A DNA stretch of 64,000 nucleotides from Candidatus Kapaibacteriota bacterium (GTDB taxonomy: Bacteria; Bacteroidota; Ignavibacteria; Kapaibacteriales; Kapaibacteriaceae): the NCBI GenBank assembly GCA_046595995.1, contig JBKJNB010000037.1, positions 21,403 to 85,402 on the forward strand, in the 5' to 3' direction. The number at the start of each line of letters is the position of its first letter. Position 1 is the stretch's first letter. Positions 38,456 through 47,835 of the stretch are shown here, piece by piece. The translations under genes and the position numbers were made by a program. Below the pieces are notes generated by a model that had not been told where the DNA came from, searched no databases, and worked only from the letters and a program-made list of their open reading frames with translations.

Positions 38456-38839
38456 TTATGTGTTGCGTTCGAGAACAACTACAGCGATGGCAACGCTTGC
38501 AGTGTGTGATAGTGTTACGTGAATGGTGTGAGAGCCATGGCGTTCGAGCATAAGGCCAGCAAGAACGACAACTGGCAGACCAGATGGTTCGTTGCGTATG
38601 CTAACGAGTTGAAATGCCATACCGTCGCGCATACCAGTGCCGATAGCTTTGCTGAAGGCTTCCTTCGCCGCGAAACGAGCAGCGTAGTGCAGATGCCGCG
38701 TTTCGTCGAAGTGTTCACAGTATGTGCGTTCTGTTTCGGTGAACACCCGTTTAGCGAAACGCTCGCCATACTCTTCGAATGAATGACGAATACGTTCTAC
38801 GTCAACAATATCGGTGCCTATGCCCACGATAGCACTCAT
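38456..38839 (-). CDS. acpS: Holo-[acyl-carrier-protein] synthase
   Basis: GIGTDIVDVERI, FTETE, AARFAAKEAFSKAIGTG and TLSHT. Confidence 0.96.
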   Translation of the reverse strand: MSAIVGIGTDIVDVERIRHSFEEYGERFAKRVFTETERTYCEHFDETRHLHYAARFAAKEAFSKAIGTGMRDGMAFQLVSIRNEPSGLPVVVLAGLMLERHGSHTIHVTLSHTASVAIAVVVLERNT

Positions 38840-38859
38840 GCGATTTCCGTATCTGCGTT

Positions 38860-38920
38860 TGTGTTCACGTTAGGATGCATCCTCAAGTAATCTGTGTTCA
38901 CGTTAGGATGCATCCTCAAG
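38860..38920. repeat. 28-bp exact direct repeat (period 33 bp) duplicating the prfB 3' end and stop codon; palindromic core AGGATGCATCCT
   Basis: TGTGTTCACGTTAGGATGCATCCTCAAG at 38860-38887 and 38893-38920, separated by TAATC. Confidence 0.93.
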
Positions 38921-40004
38921 CAACAGGTATGCTTTAATCAGTTCATCGAGGTCGCCATTCATCACGGATTGCACGTCTGTGATTTTTGTCTCCGTGCGAT
39001 GGTCGTTTACCATCGTGTATGGCTGAAAGACATAGCTGCGAATTTGTGAGCCCCATTCAATGCGCTTCTTGGTGCCTTCGATGACGGCTTTTGCAGCATC
39101 TTCTTCTTCACGACGTTTTTGATAGAGGCGACTCTTCAGCATCTTCATCGCACGTTCGCGGTTTAAGAGCTGCGAGCGTTCTTGCTGACATGCAACGACG
39201 ATGCCACTAGGGATGTGGCGCAATCGAACGGCAGTTTCTACCTTGTTGACGTTCTGTCCACCCTTACCACCCGATCGGAACGTGTCCATTTCGACATCGG
39301 CCGGATTCACAACAATCTCAACATCGTCCTCGACCTCAGGATAAACAAATACCGACGCAAACGACGTGTGTCTGCGAGCGTTGGAGTCGTATGGACTGAT
39401 TCGTACGAGTCTGTGAACACCGTTTTCTGCTTTGAGGAATCCGTATGCAAATCGGCCGCGTATCTCGAGCGTGCCACTCTTGATACCCGCCATATCGCCC
39501 TCTTGCTCGTCTGCAAGAAAGACCTGGTAGTTGTTTTTCTCTGCCCACCGCGTGTACATGCGCATGAGCATCTCAGCCCAATCCTGCGCCTCTGTTCCAC
39601 CAGCACCTGCGTTAATCGTGAGGATGCAATTGCGATCATCGTCAACGCCAGAAAGAATCTTACGCAACTCAAGATCATCGACGCTTTTCTTGCAGCGGCC
39701 GAGCTCCAGAATGATGTCGGCTTCCATGCTATCATCTTCGACTTCCGAAGCCAAGTCAATCAGTGCCTGCACATCCTCAACTGCGCGCACTGCGCCTTCC
39801 CAGGTGCCAATCCAGTCCTTGCGGTCGGCGATCTCCTGCATAACCTTCTGTGCTGTTTGTTGACTATCCCAGAAGCCGGCGGCCTGGGAGAGCATCTCGC
39901 GCTCTGCTATCTCGTCGCGTTTACGATCGATGTCAAAGAAACCTCCGAAGTTGCTCTACACGTTCACGGAGTTCACTCAGTTGCTGTTGTTGGGGGTCAA
40001 ACAT
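38903..40004 (-). CDS. prfB: Peptide chain release factor 2 with programmed +1 frameshift (about 366 aa)
   Basis: ATG 40004 gives [23 protein letters not shown], then CTT-TGA-C, then [14 protein letters not shown] in the +1 frame. Also GAGGTEA, SPY (RF2-type tripeptide) and GGQ. Confidence 0.97.
39932..39946 (-). other. RF2 +1 frameshift cassette (internal SD GGAGG, 3 nt, CTT TGA C)
   Basis: The - strand reads CGGAGGTTTCTTTGAC; the slippery heptamer is at 39938-39932. Confidence 0.95.
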
Positions 40005-40008
40005 GGTA

Positions 40009-40041
40009 CAAAGATACCAAGCTTGCAGAAAGCTTCTCAAA
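40009..40041 (-). promoter_or_regulatory. Bacteroidota-type sigma-A promoter of prfB: TTTG (40041-38), N21, TATCTTTG (40016-09), 4 nt before the ATG
   Basis: Both elements match the -33/-7 consensus with canonical spacing. Confidence 0.7.
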
Positions 40042-40045
40042 CTGC

Positions 40046-41176
40046 TTAGACAAAGGTGCGACGAATCCACGCGGCAAGAAATGGGTCTTCCACGTGATAG
40101 CCGTCCTGGTCACGGTAGATGAGTTCCTTCTCAAGAAGGGATTCAAGTGCACGACGAACAGTACTTATCGAACCGAGACGGTTGCGTTCGATAAACGATG
40201 TGCCCGATGGTTCGGCCACCACACGGTCTTTTGCGACTGCAGACAACACACTCCACTGCTGATCGGTGATCATCGATCGAAAGCCATAGTAAAGGTGTTC
40301 CTGTTCACCGAGGACCTCCCCAAACACAGCGTCTGCAGCTTCCACTTCGATCCGCGCCGTACCCTTTGCATACAAGCGGTTGCATAACTGCTGTACATGG
40401 AACGTCCGTCTCTCTGCAAGTTCTTGTACGCGCAATGACGCGGCGGACGTGATCCGGCGTCGGCGCTTCGCAAACTGACCGATGATGAAGTCGGAGTACA
40501 CCTGCGTGTCTATTGGACCGAGCATCATATGCTCTGTGCTTTGATAAAACGGCCGTGCGTGATCGGAGAACATCAGGGTCATTAAATCGCGGTTGCTACC
40601 CGCGAATAAAAATCGAGTGTTCTTCATCCGTTGTATGTGCGAACGTAGGAGTTCTTCTACGTTCCCTTCAGCGTATGAGGCCACCTGCTGGAATTCATCA
40701 AATGCAACAATTACGCGCTTATCATATGCCTCGAGGTATCGAAATACGTCTGCTAATTGGTCCGCATTCCCACTTACCGCAGAGGATGACGTCGCTTGCA
40801 GTTCAACGGAAGGCATTCCATCGGCGCCAATTTTAATTGTGCCACTAACCAAGCGTGCAAAGTCGCGCAGGATATCGGCCATCTTCTTGCCACGCGAATG
40901 CAGGTGCCGTGCAACAGCCGATGCAAGAGCGCCCGTCAAGCCCGCTACGTCTGTTGTGGGATGCAGGTCTACGTAGAGACATCCAGCGCGCTTCCGAACC
41001 TTGTTAAAAAGATGATGGATGAGCGCAGACTTGCCCATCCTGCGCAATGCTATAAGGGTAACGTTCCAGTCGCCAAGCAATGCACGCTCTAGTCGCGCAA
41101 GCTCAGCGTCGCGGTCGCAGAACGTTTCTGGATCATACCCCTGTACGGGAAACGGATTGGTCTCTTGTACTGCCAT
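40046..41176 (-). CDS. AAA+/'archaeal ATPase' family protein with probable C-terminal winged helix
   Basis: NPF...FCDRDAEL, Walker A ALRRMGKS, Walker B AFDEFQ, FAGS, and C-terminal STVRRALESLLEKELIY...EDPFLAAW. ATG 41176 preferred. Confidence 0.85.
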   Translation of the reverse strand: MAVQETNPFPVQGYDPETFCDRDAELARLERALLGDWNVTLIALRRMGKSALIHHLFNKVRKRAGCLYVDLHPTTDVAGLTGALASAVARHLHSRGKKMADILRDFARLVSGTIKIGADGMPSVELQATSSSAVSGNADQLADVFRYLEAYDKRVIVAFDEFQQVASYAEGNVEELLRSHIQRMKNTRFLFAGSNRDLMTLMFSDHARPFYQSTEHMMLGPIDTQVYSDFIIGQFAKRRRRITSAASLRVQELAERRTFHVQQLCNRLYAKGTARIEVEAADAVFGEVLGEQEHLYYGFRSMITDQQWSVLSAVAKDRVVAEPSGTSFIERNRLGSISTVRRALESLLEKELIYRDQDGYHVEDPFLAAWIRRTFV

Positions 41177-41184
41177 TCTCGAAG

Positions 41185-41243
41185 TTACGCAAAATGCGTT
41201 GCGCAAAATGCGTAACGCAAAATGCGTAACGCAAAATGCGTTA
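41185..41243. repeat. Four tandem 14-bp units, each with the palindromic core CGCA-AAA-TGCG
   Basis: CGCAAAATGCG at 41188, 41202, 41216 and 41230 (exact 14-bp period). The copy at 41227-41243 is a perfect 7-bp inverted repeat, TAACGCA-AAA-TGCGTTA. Confidence 0.95.
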
Positions 41244-41253
41244 TCGCAGTAAC

Positions 41254-43761
41254 TCAGAGTAATGGGCTCGAAACGGTAATCGACCAGCCGAACGTTCCGC
41301 GCGGAGTGGCAACGGGTCCGACGGGCCACAGTGCATCGAAGCGCAGGAAGAGGAAATCGCTGATGAACGTAGGTATTCTGCTAACTGCGAAGCCAGCCTC
41401 TGTATACCACCCATGGGTTGAATCGTAGACACGTCCGGGCACAACGGCCTGCGCTCGTTGCACCATATTCAGGGCGCTGAATTTTCCTATGAGATCGATT
41501 CCTCTGCCATTGAAAGTCGGAAGGCCAATGGCCCGCCACCACATATCGGAGAAGTTGTGTTCGGCATGCAAGGCCACATACTCGGTACCTGCGTATGCAT
41601 TCACCGGTACAGTCGCGAGGTCTGTGGTCGATCCCATCAGAAAGAACCGCCTCATCGATGGGAACTGATACTGGCGTGGCGTCGCGTCTACAGCACGCCC
41701 CCCTTTCACATCAAGCGCAAGCTCCATGGGATGATACCCCGTGGCAAACGTGGGCAACACTGCACCTAGATGAACCTCGATATTCGAGAAGTTCTGGGAA
41801 GTAATTACCTCTTGACCATATAGCATCGATACTGTACCAAAGACGGGCCATGCAGTGCCGAGTATGTTATCGACCAACGTTGGCTGCCCTACACTAATCG
41901 AAGCGTGAACCGTGCGATAGGCGCCTGCGTGCGCAGTGACTGGAGTACGATTGATGTCAGTTATCACTGGCATGTTGATATGACGTGCTTCGGCGAATAG
42001 TGCGCCGATGTTGAAACGACCAACGGTGAGTCGGGCACCGACGTCAAAGCCATCACGTCGGTAGTAGTCCAAGTTGTCTGCAAACAGCAGGTCGGTGAAG
42101 TCGAATGTTTCAAATCGTTTCAGAATCGTTCGAGGGCTCTGCATTGTTGTCATGATTGAGAACACCTTGCCGGTTGCATCAAGCTGCAGACCCGGCTCAC
42201 GCAAGACCTTAACGTTCATACCTACGCTGCCTGCTCGTGTCAACCGATCGGTAACTGTGTCCTTTCCACCGAGAGACCCCATAACCTTCAAGGTGGCGAA
42301 CGTGGTGGCTGCGATGAGTTCTCCACCGTACATCACACCAGTAATGGTGGAGCGGTCAATGACAGGCGATAACCCGAAGCCCACATTGCCAATGCTCGGC
42401 AGATGAATGAGACCAACAGTTGGAGCAGGGTCGATGCGCTTGCCGGCGGAGTCGTGCGGTGGGCCAATGCTGTCGGCTCGTCTGTATATCTCGCGTTCTT
42501 CTTCACTGGGTTCGGCAAACGCGTGTGCTTCCCAGAACTCAGATTTGGCCGAGTCTGCGTCGGGTGCAACAGTAATGCGTTTGCCCTTTATATCAACGCC
42601 AAGGCTCACAGAATTATCGGTGATATCGACTGCGCTAGTTGTCTTTGACTTTGAAGGGGTCTTACCGATGGAATCGGGAAGGGGCACGTTGACCTGGACA
42701 TCGGTAGCGTATGTCTGAACTGCAAAGCGACCTTCGAACTCCATTATGCCCTTGATGATAGCTACGTTCGCGCCAGCCGTCGCGAGCTGAAATGCCGGTA
42801 CCCAGATACTGTCGTCATACCGTTCGTATCGCTGTTCGAATCGAAGTTCGCGTAGGAATGGGAAAGCCGTTTCGTCCGTGGGTGCGAACGCAGCAGCAAT
42901 CAGCTGATAGGTGCCTTCGACAATACTAAGTGTGCCTTCGAAGCCGGGGAAGATTCGCGACTTGGGTTCGAAGGACAATTCATAAATAAGTTTATCACCG
43001 AGCATTTTCTTGCCGGTAATCGTGTACTTGTACTCATCCAACGCGTCGCGCCCAAGTGGAGTAACGAGTCGTGTCTTGATGAGCGTTATTTCGTCTTCTG
43101 TGAAATCGAAGAACTCGTCGAATACTGCAAGGTTCTCGGCAGGCAGAATGTTCTTCGTCTGACGTCGCTGCACGATGACGACTTCTTTTACCGGATTAGG
43201 GCGTCGTCGCTCATAGACTTTCGAGAAGGTTTCTGTAATCGAATTCGGTGAAATGTTCTGACCGTCGAGTGCTGTGCCTCCGATATCGACTCTCATCTTG
43301 CTATACAGCGTACTAACGAGCGTGTTGATTCGCGCGGCATTGATTTCTTTGCGCACGATTGCAAGGCGAATGAGTTCTTCCGAAGTCATGCCGGCTGTTA
43401 CGGTTATGGTGGTTGACGTAACGTCGGAGGGCATAAGCGCGATATGCATGGCATCGCTGTTATCGGGGATGTCGAGCGTTCGTTCAGCATACCCGATGCT
43501 TCGGACCGTTAGCACCTTGTGTGTGACTTCGATTGGAAGCCGAAACCGACCACTAGTACGGGTATGCGTTCCTCGCTTCGTATTGCGTACGAAGACAGAT
43601 GCGGCAGATAATGGTTGACCCGTGAGGGAGTCTACGACGACTCCGGAAAGAACTCTGGCCTGTTGCGCGCTCACAGCAGGCACAACACCAAAGAGGGCAA
43701 CGAACACGAGCGCGCGGAGAAGAAAAACAACGAGTGATTGAGCGGAAGGGGGTCTTGTCAT
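41254..43761 (-). CDS. Outer-membrane protein with N-terminal carboxypeptidase-regulatory-like domain and DUF5686-like region
   Basis: Signal peptide, LSGVVVDSLTGQPLSAASV...GRFRL...SIGY, 'EELIRLAIVRKEIN', YKYTITG and C-terminal barrel strands. Confidence 0.7.
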   Translation of the reverse strand: MTRPPSAQSLVVFLLRALVFVALFGVVPAVSAQQARVLSGVVVDSLTGQPLSAASVFVRNTKRGTHTRTSGRFRLPIEVTHKVLTVRSIGYAERTLDIPDNSDAMHIALMPSDVTSTTITVTAGMTSEELIRLAIVRKEINAARINTLVSTLYSKMRVDIGGTALDGQNISPNSITETFSKVYERRRPNPVKEVVIVQRRQTKNILPAENLAVFDEFFDFTEDEITLIKTRLVTPLGRDALDEYKYTITGKKMLGDKLIYELSFEPKSRIFPGFEGTLSIVEGTYQLIAAAFAPTDETAFPFLRELRFEQRYERYDDSIWVPAFQLATAGANVAIIKGIMEFEGRFAVQTYATDVQVNVPLPDSIGKTPSKSKTTSAVDITDNSVSLGVDIKGKRITVAPDADSAKSEFWEAHAFAEPSEEEREIYRRADSIGPPHDSAGKRIDPAPTVGLIHLPSIGNVGFGLSPVIDRSTITGVMYGGELIAATTFATLKVMGSLGGKDTVTDRLTRAGSVGMNVKVLREPGLQLDATGKVFSIMTTMQSPRTILKRFETFDFTDLLFADNLDYYRRDGFDVGARLTVGRFNIGALFAEARHINMPVITDINRTPVTAHAGAYRTVHASISVGQPTLVDNILGTAWPVFGTVSMLYGQEVITSQNFSNIEVHLGAVLPTFATGYHPMELALDVKGGRAVDATPRQYQFPSMRRFFLMGSTTDLATVPVNAYAGTEYVALHAEHNFSDMWWRAIGLPTFNGRGIDLIGKFSALNMVQRAQAVVPGRVYDSTHGWYTEAGFAVSRIPTFISDFLFLRFDALWPVGPVATPRGTFGWSITVSSPLL

Positions 43762-43782
43762 GGGTCCGGTTACGGTATAGTT

Positions 43783-44457
43783 CTAATCAGGTTGCACGCC
43801 TTGCACATTCCATCCAAGAGGTCCGCTTAGTGCATACCTCTGTGAAATACCAATCAACAAAGCAGTCATTCGCTCAAGCGTGCGGCTGAGCTTTAGTCCG
43901 CCGACGTACCACGGACGATATCCGAGCGTTCGAATAATGTTTTCAACAGTTAGCGCTGCTTCTTCAAAGTCAGAGGCGACAAAGGTGTCATAATGAATCG
44001 ACACTTCGCGAGGTAGCAGTAACGCTGATGCACTTATAGTATTCAGCGCTTTTACAACACGCGCATTTGGCAACATGGCCGCAAGGCATTCTGCTGCGCT
44101 CTCGTGATGTGGTGTCAACACGTCGTCGAGTGTCGGTGTTAATGGGTTCGTAATGCTGACGACAATTTTCCCAGACAAGGCGGCACGCACATCTGTGTCA
44201 AGCGTTTGCTCTGCCTGATAGGGTATGGCAAGGATTACGACGTCGGCATTGCGTACTGCATCTACGACGGACCTGTGAACCGTGACACGTGCCTGTGATT
44301 GGGGCCATCGAGCAAACAGTCCCGCAAAGTCATTGTCAACTACGTGCAGAGGCGCTATCGGTGCATCTTGGGGTGTGCAGTCTATAAGCCGCGTCAACAG
44401 GCCATTGCCCATTTGTCCAGCAGCTCCTACAACACAGAGTGAAGGGATTAAACTCAT
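43783..44457 (-). CDS. NADP-dependent oxidoreductase, F420_oxidored/NpdG-like Rossmann family
   Basis: VGAAGQMG, ADVVILAIPY, IVVSITNP, ESAAE, VVKALNTI and GGL...RTLE. Confidence 0.75.
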   Translation of the reverse strand: MSLIPSLCVVGAAGQMGNGLLTRLIDCTPQDAPIAPLHVVDNDFAGLFARWPQSQARVTVHRSVVDAVRNADVVILAIPYQAEQTLDTDVRAALSGKIVVSITNPLTPTLDDVLTPHHESAAECLAAMLPNARVVKALNTISASALLLPREVSIHYDTFVASDFEEAALTVENIIRTLGYRPWYVGGLKLSRTLERMTALLIGISQRYALSGPLGWNVQGVQPD

Positions 44458-44503
44458 AGTATCTGATTGTATCTTAGGGCACCCTCAACTCTACTGGAAC
44501 GTC

Positions 44504-46072
44504 ATGCGGCTTCGCAACTTCGTCATCCTTTTTGTCGTGGCCGTCGTGGCGAGCGTCGTCTGTGTCGATGCACAGACTCCTACCTGGTCAGACAACGTCG
44601 CGCGAATCGTCTACGCAAAATGCACACCGTGTCACAGGCAGGGTGAGATCGCACCATTCGATCTCATTACCTACGCCGATGCAAAGATGAGGGCAAATAC
44701 CATTAAGGCCGTTACAGAGTCGCGGTACATGCCCCCTTGGAAGCCCCTTCCGGGGCATGCAGACTACTTAGGCGATCGTTCATTGTCGTCCGAAGAGCAG
44801 TCCATCATTACTGCATGGATAGACGGTGGAGCGCCCGAAGGCGACCCCTCACGCACACCGACTCCGCCGACGTTTCCATCAGGATCGCAGCTTGGCACGC
44901 CCGACCTCGTGCTTGAGATGAGTGCAGAATGGCAGATAGAAGACAATAACACCGATGTGTACAGGTACTTCGTACTTCCGACAAGTCTCTTGAAGGACCA
45001 AAACATTCGCGCCCTCGAGTTTCGTCCAGGCAATGCCTCGGTCGTCCACCACGTGTTATACTACCTCGACACAACGGGTACTGCACGAAGAAAAGACGCC
45101 GAAGACCTGTTGGCTGGATACAGTGGCTTTGGTGACCCTGGCTTCGAGAGTGCCGCTTCGTATCTAGGTTGGGTGCCCGGTAGTCAGGCCCGATTTTTTC
45201 CGCCGAACATCGGTGCCCGCCTGTTAAAAAACTCTGATCTCGTTATTCAAGTGCACTACGCGCCGTCCTCGTTGCCAGCCACAGATCGTTCGCGTGTGAA
45301 CGTCTTTTTTGATGACGATCCGCAGATACGTGTACTGAATGAGTTTTCTCTTAGTCCGATTAATATGAGTGCTGCTTTTGTGATACCCGCTAATCAGAAA
45401 AAGGGTTTTGTTGCAAAGTATACGATTCCCATCGACGTGAGCCTTATGGGGGTCGCGCCGCATATGCACCTTCTCGGTCGTGAATGTCGAGCCTATGCTG
45501 TCACTCCAAAAGGTGACACAATACGCCTGGTCGGCGTCAACGATTGGGATTTTAACTGGCAAGGCAGCTACACATTCAAAAACCTTATTCGTGTACCTCG
45601 AAACTCTGTGTTGCACTACGAGGCGATGTACGACAACACGACGCAGAATCCACTAAATCCGAATAGCCCGCCAAAGCTTGTTGGTTGGGGCGAAAAGACA
45701 ACGGATGAAATGATTCTATGCTACTTCTACTGGCTGCCGTATCAGGCTGGTGACGAAGCCATAGAGCTAGAAACGGATCCACCGTTAAGTGTTGTGAGCG
45801 ACTTACGAACCGAAATGGAGTTCGCGTGTTCGCCGAATCCTGCGACGGAGCAGACTACCATTAGCTTTACGCTAGACAGGCCTCTAACGATTACGGTTGA
45901 TGTTGTCGATGCAATGGGCCATCGTGTTACGTCACTAAAGAGTAACCGTCCGTTCGAGCCAGGTCAGCACACCATTCCCTACTCCGTTGTGAACCTTGCG
46001 AGCGGTGCATACTTCGTTCGCATAGAATCGTCACGCGGGATTGTCAGCCTCCCGCTCGTCGTTGTCAGATAG
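44504..46072 (+). CDS. T9SS-secreted c-type heme plus copper type II (PHM/DBH-like) monooxygenase
   Basis: Signal peptide, CTPCH (44621-35), Cu ligands VVHHVL (45047-52), PHMHLLG (45461-69) and TDEM (Met 45710-12), CTD CSPNPA...SGAYFVRI. Confidence 0.8.
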   Translation: MRLRNFVILFVVAVVASVVCVDAQTPTWSDNVARIVYAKCTPCHRQGEIAPFDLITYADAKMRANTIKAVTESRYMPPWKPLPGHADYLGDRSLSSEEQSIITAWIDGGAPEGDPSRTPTPPTFPSGSQLGTPDLVLEMSAEWQIEDNNTDVYRYFVLPTSLLKDQNIRALEFRPGNASVVHHVLYYLDTTGTARRKDAEDLLAGYSGFGDPGFESAASYLGWVPGSQARFFPPNIGARLLKNSDLVIQVHYAPSSLPATDRSRVNVFFDDDPQIRVLNEFSLSPINMSAAFVIPANQKKGFVAKYTIPIDVSLMGVAPHMHLLGRECRAYAVTPKGDTIRLVGVNDWDFNWQGSYTFKNLIRVPRNSVLHYEAMYDNTTQNPLNPNSPPKLVGWGEKTTDEMILCYFYWLPYQAGDEAIELETDPPLSVVSDLRTEMEFACSPNPATEQTTISFTLDRPLTITVDVVDAMGHRVTSLKSNRPFEPGQHTIPYSVVNLASGAYFVRIESSRGIVSLPLVVVR

Positions 46073-47821
46073 ACCATACGCTTCATCGCCGTCTCCGAAA
46101 ACGGTATAACGATCGCGACGCAAGATTTCCTCTTGTTTGGCGACGATATTCTTGTCTACACCCAGTCGCGTAAGTAATTCAACGAGCACCTGAATCGAAG
46201 CTTCGAATTCTTCGATAATCACGACATCTGCACCGGCTTCTGCAAGATCTTCAGCTTGCAGAGCAAATCGCGACCGAACGATAACGCAGCAGTCTTTGCG
46301 AATCGATCGTATGGCATGAACCGTGTCGACCACTGCTGTCTGGTCGTTGATTGCCACAACAACAACTTTTGCCGATAACACACCTAAGCGTGTGAGGTCG
46401 TGCGCATCCGTCCCATCGCCCGCAATCATTGGCTCGCCGGCTTCACGTTCGCGTGCAGCGCGCTGTCGGTTAATGTCGAGTACACGATAAGGAATCTTTG
46501 TTGCTCGTAGCACATCAGCGACGTTACTTCCAACAACACCAAACCCGATGATTGCAACATCGATTGGGTCGTCGTCCATGACCGCGGCGCCTGGCTCAAC
46601 TTCATCGAGCGGACGTGACGATTCTGGTAGGGGAACGAAGCTCAAAACGGGGGCGGCTTGCTTCGCAAGCCATGGGGCCATGATAATGATTGTAGGTGTT
46701 GCAATCATGGTGGTAACGATGGCGACAAGCAGCGACTGAAAGCCAATGTCCGTCAGAAGTCCGTGCCCACGTCCCAACTCTGCAAGTACAAACGACAGCT
46801 CTCCAACTTGCGATAACACCAATCCCGTAATTAAGGCTGTTCGCACGGGCATGCGCAACAGTAGGAGCACGAATGTTACCACCACTGACTTCACTAATAG
46901 AATACCCATCGCACCCGCTAGAGCAAACCACAATTGCGGACCATGTAGGTTTAGTAGCAGGCCAACGCTGACAAAGAACACACTTGTAAGCGCATCGCGC
47001 ATCGGTTCTATGCTGCGTCCGATTCGGTGTCCATGATCTGTACCTGCAATGATTGCCCCTGCTAGGAACGCACCAAGCGCCATCGAGAGTCCGATCTGCG
47101 CCGTAACGAACGCGGCGCCGAAGCACACGAAGAGTGCGCCGAGCGTCAGAATTTCAGGTGTACCTGCGCGATCGACGAGTCCAACTAAGCGCGGAAGGAT
47201 GAAACGGAAAAGCAGAACGAGCAGAACGGTACCAATTGCGAATCCACCAAGCTTCAGAATAATGCTACCCAGTGTTATCGTAGCAGACGGATCAAGCATC
47301 GAGATAATGATGACGAGAGGCACAAGCGCCAGATCTTGAAAGATGAGAATGCCCATCGACGCGCGGCCGTGAAGCAACCCAAGCTGTCCTCGCTCCCGCA
47401 GCATCTTTACACAGATCGCAGTGCTGCTTACAGAACACACAAGCCCAATGAGAATGGCCGTGCTCACGGGTACACCCATGCCAAACACTTGTAATACTGT
47501 GCCGGCTAGAATACTGATTACGAATGCGGTGAGGACGATCTGAAGCGGACCACCCACGAGAACCAATCGCTTCAGACTCTTGAGCTCTTCTAATGAAAAC
47601 TCGAGCCCAATGGTGAACAGTAACATCACCACGCCCAGCTCAGCAAGAGCCTTGATGACTTCGCCTTGATATACGATGCCGAAACACATCGGACCAAGCA
47701 AGATGCCTGTTGCAATCATGCCGATAACGACAGGTATGCGCAGCCTCTGAAAGAGTATGGTTACAAAAACAGCAGCGCCGAAGACAAGCACAAGCTCGTC
47801 CAGAAACTCAAATGCATGCAC
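46031..47821 (-). CDS. CPA2-family cation:proton antiporter with TrkA-N (KTN) domain (KefB/YbaL-like)
   Basis: LAELGVVMLLFTIGLE, SSTAI, LIFQD, LGAFLAG, SQVGELSF and IIGFGVVG. AGGAGGT SD upstream; 42-bp convergent overlap with the monooxygenase gene. Confidence 0.9.
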   Translation of the reverse strand: MHAFEFLDELVLVFGAAVFVTILFQRLRIPVVIGMIATGILLGPMCFGIVYQGEVIKALAELGVVMLLFTIGLEFSLEELKSLKRLVLVGGPLQIVLTAFVISILAGTVLQVFGMGVPVSTAILIGLVCSVSSTAICVKMLRERGQLGLLHGRASMGILIFQDLALVPLVIIISMLDPSATITLGSIILKLGGFAIGTVLLVLLFRFILPRLVGLVDRAGTPEILTLGALFVCFGAAFVTAQIGLSMALGAFLAGAIIAGTDHGHRIGRSIEPMRDALTSVFFVSVGLLLNLHGPQLWFALAGAMGILLVKSVVVTFVLLLLRMPVRTALITGLVLSQVGELSFVLAELGRGHGLLTDIGFQSLLVAIVTTMIATPTIIIMAPWLAKQAAPVLSFVPLPESSRPLDEVEPGAAVMDDDPIDVAIIGFGVVGSNVADVLRATKIPYRVLDINRQRAAREREAGEPMIAGDGTDAHDLTRLGVLSAKVVVVAINDQTAVVDTVHAIRSIRKDCCVIVRSRFALQAEDLAEAGADVVIIEEFEASIQVLVELLTRLGVDKNIVAKQEEILRRDRYTVFGDGDEAYGLSDNDEREADNPA

Positions 47822-47835
47822 GCCACCTCCTGTAG

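Noticed and set aside
39182-40387. 401-aa + strand ORF
   Set aside because: It is the antisense shadow of prfB and the ATPase, with no recognisable motifs.
40046-41176. Integrated mobile element or prophage around the ATPase
   Set aside because: No integrase, transposase, phage gene, terminal inverted repeats or flanking target duplication were found.
41185-41243. CRISPR array interpretation of the short repeat arrays (also 20763-20820, 38860-38920, 56592-56646)
   Set aside because: Units are 11-33 bp, abut each other with no unique 25-45-bp spacers, and there are no cas genes.
43783-44457. Evidence for coenzyme F420 use
   Set aside because: The family name does not establish the cofactor, and there are no cof/fbi genes in the window.
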